A stretch of 64,000 nucleotides of DNA from the NCBI GenBank assembly GCA_038087875.1, contig CM075977.1, forward strand, positions 56,544,001 through 56,608,000, given 5' to 3'. The stretch's first letter is position 1; each line of letters opens with the position of its first letter. The stretch is from Malacoraja senta. Taxonomy: Eukaryota. Shown piece after piece: positions 1 through 9,172 of the stretch. Position numbers and translations under genes: made by a program. Under the pieces are notes generated by a model. It saw only the letters and a list, made by a program, of their open reading frames with translations. It searched no databases and was not told the origin of the DNA.

Positions 1-422
1 CGGGGTGTTGTTCCCGAACGTGCTTCAGCCCCTTTGTTAAAATTCGACGAAAAAAAGATGGCGTCGTTTTTTGAAAAAATCGGGAAAAAAAAGATGGCGT
101 CGTTTTCGGAGAAAATTTTGGAAAAAAAGATGGCGTCGTTTTCGGAGAAAATCGGAGACATTCGGAGAAAATCACATTTGGGTTGGGGGGGGGGTGGATT
201 TTATTAAAAAACGTGTACATAAACAGGACAGAATTTAATCAGGAGTGGCTATTCGTGAAGATAAATGTCATCTCTTTGGAAATGGCGAAAAAGGTGGGCC
301 TTTCCGCGCGCCGTGTGGGCGCGGGGCGGTATCAAAGGCGGGAAAGTCAAGCAGAACGTTGGACGTACAGACGTACAGCCGTACAGACGTACGACAGCCA
401 GAGAGTTTTAAAAGTGTATAGA
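1..422 (-). mobile_element. 5' end of a non-autonomous Helitron-like element, running off the left edge
   Basis: The minus strand begins TCTATACACTTTTAAAACTCTC, similar to the 5' ends at 3160, 4059 and 24423. It contains three 36-bp-spaced AAGATGGCGTCGTTTT units. The 3' end is outside the window. Confidence 0.5.
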
Positions 423-600
423 TATGATATATGATATGATAGATATATGGGAAACTGCAAAGAAAAGATGAGGAAACCTGTTCTAGAATTGCAAATGATT
501 GTCATGAATTTGCTTTGCTGTGGAATATCTTCTTCCCTGCAGGTATTTTTCTGTGTGAATGTCAGTAATGTAAAGCACTGATTTCTTTCATCGAAAGATT

Positions 601-1452
601 GGGTGGGCGGCGTGACTCACGTCGCAACGGCCTCTGCAGTCCGTCTGTCTTTTAAAAAATATTTTGTCTCGTTTGAGTGTAGTTATAGTGGGTTTTTTTA
701 ACTGGGTATGTGTGGGTGGGGGAGGGGGTAAACTTTTAAACCTTTTCCCTGTACGGAGGACCCAACCTTTCTCTGTCGGGTCTCCGTTGTCGTTGGAGCC
801 TAGCACGGTGGAGCAGCCTCCAACCGGAATGACCTGGGGCTCCAGTCGCGGAGCATGCGGACTACTTACCATCGCGGAGCTGGCCGAGTTCGGAGCGGGA
901 GGAGCTGTGGTGGCGCGCTGCTGCGGCCTGACCCTGGAGATTCGGAGGCTCCAGCCGCAGGTCTGGTGGACGGTGACATCGGGAGCTCGCGGGTCCCTGG
1001 TGGGAGACCGCTTTTCGGGGCTTCCACAACGGCTACTTCTCCCGCCCGAGTTCCGGGGTTGAAAATGACCTGGAGCGGGGCCTTACATCGCCCGGCGTGG
1101 CTTTAAATGGCCGCGGGACTTGCTAGAGCCCGCCTGGGCTCCAACATCAAGACCCGGAGCGTGGCCTTGCATTGCCCAGCGCGGCTTTAATGGCCGCGGG
1201 ACTTATTTACCATCGCCCGCCGGGGGCTTTGACTCTGACATCGGGAGGAGAATGGGGAGTGCAGGGGAGAGATAAGACTTTGCCTTCCACACAGCGAGGA
1301 GGAGATTCGCTGTGATGGATGTTTGTGTAAATTGTGTTGTGTCTTGGTTCTTCTACTTGTTTGTATGACTGTAGAAACCAAATTTCGTTTGAACCTCAAT
1401 GAGGTTCAAATGACAACAAATAAATTGTATCATTGTATCATTGTATCATTGT
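601..1452 (+). mobile_element. GC-rich non-autonomous retroposon, structured family, copy A
   Basis: No credible ORF. Family hairpin at 1286-1319. 3' stem-loop TTTGAACCTC-AAT-GAGGTTCAAA, then AATAAA and a (TTGTATCA)3 tail typical of TPRT products. Confidence 0.7.
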
Positions 1453-2637
1453 AAATACATAAACATAGCCACTAATATTTGATTACAAGATGACAAATTA
1501 AGGAAACAATCAATCTTACTAATCATTCACTTAGCTTGAAATGTGGCCCTAATTTCAGTGTACATTTCTAAAGCCAATATTAACCCCATCTGCAGGAAAA
1601 TTGTGTCCGTCTATATTTTCAAATACTGCAAACAGCATTTTGTAATTTATTTTATTTCAGTACACATTTGGTAATTATGACGTTTTTGGGTTGTGTATTA
1701 ATCGTAACATCAAAAACATATGAGGCGACAATCTTTTATTCTGCAATAAAAACAGACTTGACAGGTGACAGCAGTATGTACACTAAATTCCTCGCCCATC
1801 GATGTCTTTCTATTCTCGTTGCTTCATTAAATTTAAATTACTCCTGTTAGTGAGAACTTGACAACAGACTTGAAGTCAGTAAACCCTTCAGAATATCATT
1901 AGATTAAAATTTCTACTGCATGTTACAGGGTAAGTAAAAACAGTGGATTGTGCAAATAGGCTTAGTTCATTTCTAATGAAATCCACAATAGTATAGCATT
2001 TCCAAGGCCAGGATTAAAGCATATTCCAATAGTTTGACTCCGTGCTGCTTAAACTAAATTTCTGAAACCAATCGGAACCGGCACTATATAGCAAATTATT
2101 TATTTTTAAATTCACATCAGGAATTTGCAAAAGTTATACATTTTTAACATCTGTTAGCTGGCGAATTAATCTTAACATAAAGTCATTCACATTGAGTACT
2201 TGCTTTATCTTTACAGAGAGCCTACCAATTTGAAATATTAATTTCTGGTTTGTCATTGGTGATATAGCTGAGTTGAAAATACATTGCAGCAGCTGAGATG
2301 GGACCTTACCTCCCACGCCCTGTGTGGCACTCTGACTGTTCCGTGGTCGGCTGCAAGAGATGCCCCAGGCACAGAGATTGAGTGGTGGCCGTGTAAGGCA
2401 AGGGGCGGTCTTCGCGGGTCGATATGTCGGGATCGAGGTGTCAGTGGAGTGGGCCGTTAGAGGCCCTGCAGCAGCCTGGAGCTCGAATGGATCAGGTGCT
2501 GCTCCAAGAGGCTGAGCACACAGATCAGATCCAACCTGCAATGGCACGGAGCGAAGGAGCACCAATGGAGGACATCAACATCTCCTGACCAGGTCAGGAC
2601 AACGGGCCTTTATTCCCAAGTTAAGACTACATTCATA

Positions 2638-2735
2638 ACAACTTTGACTTTAGACTTTAGAGGGACAATTTATAGAAGCCAATTAACCGACAAACCTCTA
2701 GGTCTTTGGAGTGTGGGAGAAAACCGGAGCAACCG
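2638..2735 (-). mobile_element. V-SINE (HE1-like) fragment
   Basis: Matches the 3' half of the fuller SINE copies (agggacaattt...aagccaattaacc...tctttggagtgtgggag). Confidence 0.65.
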
Positions 2736-2740
2736 GTTAC

Positions 2741-2883
2741 TAGCCAGGGGCCACAGTTTAAGAATAAGGTGTAAGCAATTTAGAATGGAGATGAGGAAAC
2801 ACTTTATCACACAGAGAGTTGTGAGTCTGTGGAATTCTCTGCCTCGGAGGGCGGTGGAGGCCGGTTCTCTGGATACTTTCAAG
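2741..2883 (+). mobile_element. CR1/HER1-like LINE 3' fragment, left part (continues at 8466)
   Basis: RGHSLRI...FITQRVVSLWNSLP, the CR1 ORF2 C-terminus. The sequence resumes after the 2884-8465 insertion. Confidence 0.85.
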
Positions 2884-3159
2884 CAAAGATCATAGAGCGG
2901 AGCAAGATACTCCACTCCTGCGTAATCCAATGCACTAAGCTGTAGTACGTAACGGAGCTTAACAGCTGCCATCTTGGAATGCTCAACCCGACTTCCGTTA
3001 TGCCTCCTGCAGTGTCATCAGTAATGTAGGGGAACAGTATGTGTGTGATATTGCTCATCTATCAATTCACATATTTTAGTTAATTTTATTTTTAAATGTT
3101 TTCCCCCCTTAATCTATCTGTTTCTGCCCATTTCCCTCCCATCCTTCCTCCCCAGCGTA

Positions 3160-4740
3160 TCTATATTACTAAAAGTCTGATCTTAACCACTTCCTGTTGT
3201 TCTGTATATTAATGTTAGAAAAAATGCTGCCACTTACGGCTGCGATTTTTGGCCATTTTACTCAGAGTCCCCCTCCGATGCGCAGGACAAGAGGATTTTT
3301 CCCATCGATGAAAAATAAAAGAGTTATTAGTGTTTTAAAAATGTTGAGATTCTCTCTCCTGAAGGCCACGCACCTTCCAGAGGGACTATAAAACCCGGAA
3401 GTGTTGAGTGCCTCAGCCAGTCTCTGCAAGAAGGGGGAGCGAGAGGGTCACGTCTCTCAGTCTGAGCTGTGAATAACACTGAACACATGTCTACTAAACT
3501 GTGAGTGGTTTTACTGATCTGTCAGTGCCCTTAATGTGGTTTGAAACTATAGTTTGGAAATGCTAAAGCTGTGTTGACTTTGGTTTGGAAATGTAAAAGC
3601 TGTGTTGCCTTTGGTTTGGAAATTCTAAAGCTGTGTTGCGTTTGGTTTGGAAATGCTAAAGCTGTGTTGCCTTTGGTTTAGAAATGCTAAAGCTGTGTTG
3701 CCTTTGGTTTGGAAAAGCTAAAGCTGTGTTACCTTAGGTTTGGGAATGCTAAAACTGTGTTGCTTTTGGTTTGGAAAAGCTAAAGCTGTGTTGCCTTTGG
3801 TTTGGAAATGCTAAAGCTGTGTTGCCTTTGGTTTAGAAATGCTAAAGCTGTGTTGCCTTTGGTTTGGAAATGCTAAAGCTGTGTTGCCTTTGGTTTGGAA
3901 AGGCTAAAGCTGTGTTGCCTTTGGTTTGGAAAGGCTAAAGCTGTGTTGCCTTTGGTTTGGAAAGGCTAAAGCTGTGTTGCCTAATTAAAGTTGCCTTGCC
4001 TAATTAAAGTTGCCTTGCCTAATTAAAGTTGCCTTGCCTAATTAAGGTTGCCGTGCCTTCTATATAATTAAAAGTCTAATCTTGACCACTTCCTGTTTGC
4101 TCTATATATTGATTGTAGAAAAAACGCTACCACGTATGGCTGTGATTTTTGGCCATCTTACTCAGTCCCCCTCTGCTCATCAGGTGCCGAGGATGTTTCC
4201 CATCGATTAAAAATAAAAGAATTATTAGTGATTAAAAAATGTTGAGATTCTCTCTCCTGTCAATCACACCATGAAGGCCAGGCCCCTTCTGGTGGGAGGG
4301 GGAGGGACTATAAAACCCAGAAGTGTGGGCGTGGCCCAGTCTCTGCAAGATGGAGGAGGGAGAGGTCACGACTCGCTGTCTTTAGTGGCCTTGCACCCTG
4401 CTCGAAATGGTATGAAACTGCACTTGAATTTGGTGGCCTTGCACCCTGCTTGAAATGGAATTTCAAGGAATAGCCGTGAGTCAACTGCCAGCCCATCAGC
4501 CGTGAGTGAGTGAGCTGCCAGCACAACAGGCTTAAGTGACTGAGCTGCCAGCCCAAAAATCCATTCGGCCCACAATGTCCATATTAGCCCTCTGGAAACC
4601 AGTCCCTTCAGCCCACAACACCCATACTAGCACTCCAGAAAGCCCCCCCCCCCCCCCACTGGCCACCACTATAGGAATTGGTGGAGAGGTGGAATATTGC
4701 GTTGGGGGAGCCGCCCTCCCATGTGATGCTGGGACCCAAC
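3160..4740 (+). mobile_element. Non-autonomous Helitron with a duplicated 5' end and internal minisatellites; 3' end lies in the assembly gap
   Basis: Starts A|TCTATATTACTAAAAGTCTGATCTTAACCACTTCC, with a second copy of the 5' ~200 bp at 4059. The last bases GGGACCCAAC are the left arm and loop of the 3' hairpin seen complete in the 23149-24423 copy. Confidence 0.75.
3552..3981 (+). repeat. 31-bp minisatellite, about 14 copies, inside the Helitron
   Basis: Tandem unit GCTAAAGCTGTGTTGCCTTTGGTTTGGAAAT, followed by about 4 copies of TAATTAAAGTTGCCTTGCC (3982-4058). Confidence 0.95.
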
Positions 4741-4881
4741 NNNNNNNNNNNNNNNNNNNNNNNNNNNNNNNNNNNNNNNNNNNNNNNNNNNNNNNNNNNN
4801 NNNNNNNNNNNNNNNNNNNNNNNNNNNNNNNNNNNNNNNNNNNNNNNNNNNNNNNNNNNNNNNNNNNNNNNNNNNNNNNNN
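4741..4881. other. Assembly gap (run of N)
   Basis: Run of n characters. Confidence 1.
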
Positions 4882-5153
4882 AGAGATAAATAGATCTCAA
4901 AGTTCCTTCTCATGCATCAGAAGCAACTTTGATTTAAAAGCAACACTCTATTTCTCTCTTTATCTTGTTTGTCAGATGATGTACATAAACCATAAAGGCA
5001 TTTATATTTATAAATATATACATATAAATATATGCATATATATAAATATATTAATTCACAAATTTCAAATTCCTTAAAAAAAGTTGACAAGTACTTTAAT
5101 GGGTTCATGACTAACATAGTATCAACAGCAAATATTAAAAAAAAGATAGCATA

Positions 5154-5567
5154 AAATTAAATGTGGATTATGGAAATGTCGGAGACCCTACACCTGGAAA
5201 GAATCAGACTTGTCTTAATGGACAAACAAGAACTTTTTGTTAGAATATGGTCTCCATTCATTGACTATTTGAAGGGGTAAATCGGTTCGGCACGGGAACC
5301 TAACTGAAGCTTGCTTAGGATTAGATGAAAAGTTATACTCTATAATCTACGAACCTATCTCCAATGATGTATTATTAGTAAATCAATCCACTCTTTTTTT
5401 TTAATCTTGATATTTGTGGGTTTTTTTCTTTCTTTCTTACTTTCTATAAAAAAAAACTAGAAGCAGAATCAATCCACAATTGATAATATTAATAATGTAT
5501 GATTGATATACATGAAATGTTTTTACCATAATATGTTTTTGCTTCTAATAAAAATATTAATAAAAAT
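5154..5567 (+). mobile_element. 5'-truncated L1-clade LINE (ORF2 C-terminus and 3' UTR)
   Basis: 5161-5280 encodes MWIMEMSETLHLERIRLVLMDKQELFVRIWSPFIDYLKG*, a fish L1-type C-terminal motif. AATAAA and an A-rich tail follow. TSD AAAAAAAAGATAGCATA at 5137-5153 and 5568-5584. Confidence 0.75.
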
Positions 5568-5673
5568 AAAAAAAAGATAGCATATTGATGGCAAGTTTTC
5601 GAAAATGGCATCAGAATACACAAATACATTTTGTGTAACGGTTGTTGCGTGGTGTCCACCAGTGACCTGGTTG

Positions 5674-7065
5674 CAGGCACGTGCCGTGAGTAATTACTCA
5701 GGGTAGGTAGTCAGTCAGTCGGCTTTTTAAAAAATAACTTAAACCGCGCATGCGCAGATTGTTCTCTCCGTAAAAATAAAAATAAAAATAAAGACAGTAA
5801 CAATTCAATTTGCCAAAGGCTTCCAAGTCTCCTTGATTCTGAATTATTGAAAGGGTGTGGGGGTGAAGGGTGACGGCAGGTGGAGAGATGGTGGGAAAAA
5901 CGAGAGCACACAATTGTCATCTTATTGAATGACCACACTTGTTCAAGTGACCAATTGGGGGGAGAGTTCCTTTCACAGCGTGTGGAGAGTCTGACCAGGG
6001 GTAAAGTTGCGGGGAGGGCAGGAGTGTTGAGAAGGACGGGGTCAGGGATAATGGCAATAACTCACTCACTCCGGGCACGGAGCCACTGCAGCTTGGGCTG
6101 CGAGCGGCCGCCGGGACCGGACAGCAGAGCTAGCCACCACTTCAGCGCCTCCTGCCGGCCCGCTCACCTTTGGCAGTGCTCTCCGTTTGAACACCGCTCA
6201 CCTGCCGCTCGCCGCCTTCGCTCATGTCAGCCGCTTCCCGCAAATCCTTAAATTCCCACAGCCAAGTAACCTCAATCGTGCTGTCGGAATTTAAGGATTT
6301 GCGGGAAGCGGCTGACATGAGTGAGTCCAGCGAGCGGCAGGAGAGAGGTTTTCAGACGGAGAGATGCCAGAGGTGAGCGGGGGCCGGCAGAAGGAGCTGA
6401 GGTGGCAGCCGGTTCTGCTGTCCGGCCCGGTGGCCGCTCGCAGCCACCCTCCCCGACCACAATGCAGTGGCTCCATGCAAGGATCGTCGCAAGTGTGTTA
6501 CTGGCATGATCCCGATCCCCTCCTTCACAACGCTCCTGCCCTCCCCGCAACTTTACCCCGGGCCAGACTCCCCAAATGCTGTGAAAGGAACTCTCACTTT
6601 CCGGGCCCCACCCCAGGAAATACGGCATTTAAAATCATATAGCACCAAGAAATGTACTTACCACATTATCGGTACACAAACTCCATTCTTCTCTCTTTGT
6701 TTCTTAAAATACGCTTAAGATAATGGCAATCCATATTTGAAAAACCCGCTAAGAAACTAGCGCTGCGCATGCGCAGTAGGCTGCTGCGCCTGCGCAGTAC
6801 AGCAAAGGCAGAATTTCAGCTGCCTTCAGCCCCGCTTGTCATTGACGGCTCCAAGCAGCGCTGACGGCACGTGGGCTGCACAGACCTTCGCGTGTTGCAA
6901 GTGCTGCGGATGAAAGGCACGGAGAATTATGCCTACCTAAGAGATCGATCTCTTAGATAGGCATAATTCTCCCATGCCTTTACTATTTATATTTAGTAAT
7001 TACCATGTTATAATTTTAGTCAGGGTAGGCAGTGCCTATCTTGCCTACCCTGACGGCACTGCCTG
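5674..7065. mobile_element. Non-autonomous hAT-like fold-back DNA transposon
   Basis: Termini CAGGCACGTGCCGT and ACGGCAC-TGCCTG, 8-bp TSD CCTGGTTG (5666-5673 and 7066-7073). Long internal inverted repeat 5962-6262 / 6280-6595. Confidence 0.75.
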
Positions 7066-7503
7066 CCTGGTTGGCACAGTAAGTGCACATATTTCTTATT
7101 CCTTTCCATGTTTATGAATACCACATGGAACAATAAAATTGCAAACACCATTTCCACCATTGAACTGAGTGGACACCGCAATGCACGTTGCACGTTGCAC
7201 ATCATACACACAAATGCACACTAAATAAAATGTCCGTTTTGGTGGACCAGAAAATGAACGTTACATTATTAGCGAAAACCAAGCATTTTCACTGATGTGA
7301 TCTAACGGTACATTACCTTATGGATCTGAGCGCCATAGATGGCCGATGATTCATCAGAACATTTGATTTGGGCTGTTTTTTTGGTAAGTGAAATGTCTCC
7401 GTAACAGTCGTTGTGGAGCTTCCCGAAGTTAACACGAAGGAATGAAGTTGGCGAATTGAAGATTGGCTCAGTTTCTTGGTTTTGATGACCAATTTATGTC
7501 AAA

Positions 7504-7513
<10 letters not shown>

Positions 7514-7548
<35 letters not shown>
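7514..7548 (+). repeat. (CA)n microsatellite with (TA)n flanks
   Basis: Direct reading. Confidence 0.95.
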
Positions 7549-7551
<3 letters not shown>

Positions 7552-7981
7552 GTATATATATATACACACACATATATATATACGAAATCCTAATATTGTG
7601 AATAAAATATCCATGAACACATGTCAAGATATTTTTCCATTCTTTCATTCTATATTAGTGTAATACAATGTAGTGCATACATACCTACATAATTAAATTC
7701 AGCTGATAAGTTGGTCAAATAACATGGGGACCTTCTTGCTTTTTTTGAGACATTGATTTTTAAAATGTGAATCTCATAATGACACATTTGTGGGTCAGCA
7801 GTATATTAAACCAACCCCCTCAATTTCAAATAATTCTAAATTGAACTTCATTAACAAGGAAAACACTTTTTATTTCCGTCATTCATGGTGATATTTACAT
7901 AATTGACATCATTTTGTGTGCGAGATATACAGGGTTGCAGTGTTTCGCATATCAGCTAACCAATGAAAGTGATGTAAAATT

Positions 7982-8362
7982 GCGGTGTAGAAGATCTTGT
8001 CGACGAGTATTCTGGACTCACTGTCGACATCCGAAATTACAGAAAATATCATATAGGATTAACTAATAAGAAAAATTTGATTATAACTACATACCTGCAG
8101 AATGGATGATATACCACTTCAGTGCACTTGTTTTCAGTTGTGGGGAGACCTGTATATTGAAGATGCATTTTGCCTCTAATATGTCAATTTACCTTAAATG
8201 TAGAAGAGATTATTAAAATCTTCTTACATAGACCCTTTAAGTATTTTCTCACCTTTCTTTGTTATTGGGGAACCGGAAGAAAGACAGGTCGGGTCATCTA
8301 CATTGTCGATTACAGCAATTTATAGCAGAACAGTGAGCTGTAGATGTAGATGTGGCCGCCAT
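7982..8362 (-). pseudogene. Degenerate two-exon THAP zinc-finger N-terminus of a transposase
   Basis: 8362-8253 reads MAATSTSTAHCSAINCCNRQCR*PDLSFFRFPNNKE(R)|gtgag. From 8030 down it reads (R)CRQ*VQNTRRQDLLHR after a mutated acceptor (tttcgg). This fits the THAP pattern C-x4-C...FFRFP...RCxxW. Two in-frame stops. Confidence 0.75.
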
Positions 8363-8465
8363 GACAGTAGTCGAGGCAGCACATCAAAATGGTATGAAAA
8401 ATCACACATGACGTACTACGCTTTTTTCGCCAAGTGGAGTATCTTGATCCACTCTATGATCTTTG

Positions 8466-9050
8466 CTTTCAAGAGAGAGCTAGATAGGGCTCTTGAAGAT
8501 AGTGGAGTCAGGGAATATGGGGAGAAGGCAGGAATGGGGTCCTGATTGTGGATGATCAGCCATGATCACATTGAATGATGATGCTGGCTTGAAGGGCCGA
8601 ATGGCCTACTGCACAAGAGTCTATAGTCTATTGTCACCCAGAGAAAATTCGCTGGAGTTTAGAAGGATGAGAGGGAATCTTATAGAAACATATAAAATTC
8701 TTGGATTGGATAGGGTAGATGCAGGTAAAATGTTCACGATGTTGGGGGAGTCCAGAACCAGGGGTCACAGATTAAGGATAAAGGTAGGTCATTTAGGACT
8801 GAGATGAGGAAAAAAATTGTCACCCAGAGAGTTGTGAGTCTGTGGAATTCTCTGCCACAGAAGGCAGTGGAGGCCAATTCACTGGATGTTTTCAGGAGAG
8901 AGTTAGATTTAGCTCTTAGGACTAAGGGAATCAAGGGATATGGGGAAAAAGCCAGAACGGGGCACTGATTTTGGATGATGAGCTGTAATCATATTGAACG
9001 GCGGTGCTGGCTTGAAGGGCCGAATAGCCTTCTCCTGCACCTATTTTCTA
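8466..9050 (+). mobile_element. CR1/HER1-like 3' ends: the rest of the 2741 copy plus a second copy from about 8645
   Basis: FKRELDRAL and SLEFRRMRGNLIETYKIL...RTRGH motifs, with the GGGCCGAATGGCCT 3' stem-loop. Confidence 0.85.
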
Positions 9051-9052
9051 AA

Positions 9053-9172
9053 AGCCACGTGGTCACAGGGAGAACGTACAAACTCAGTACAGAAAGCAAA
9101 CATAGTCAGGGTCGAACTTGGGTCCCTGGCACTGTAAGGTAACAACTCTACCACTGTGCCACTGTGCTGCCC
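9053..9172 (-). mobile_element. V-SINE 5' (tRNA-derived) fragment
   Basis: Minus strand GGCAGCACAGTGGCACAGTGGTAGAG...GTTCGACCCTGAC, with box A- and box B-like motifs. Confidence 0.7.

Larger units (their letters stand above)
2884..8465 (-). mobile_element. Non-autonomous THAP-bearing DNA transposon (P-element-like; THAP-type hAT not excluded) with nested insertions
   Basis: 33-bp TIRs CAAAGATCATAGAGYGGAKCAAGATACTCCACT (2884-2916 and 8433-8465, 31/33 identical). Perfect 8-bp TSD CTTTCAAG (2876-2883 and 8466-8473). It splits a CR1 fragment and contains a THAP remnant. Confidence 0.85.

Noticed and set aside
3552-4058. Regular ~31-bp repeats resembling a CRISPR array
   Set aside because: The units are head-to-tail with no unique spacers, there are no cas genes, and the context is a vertebrate intron. 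It is a minisatellite.
4532-4913. ORFs containing runs of X
   Set aside because: They read through the N gap.
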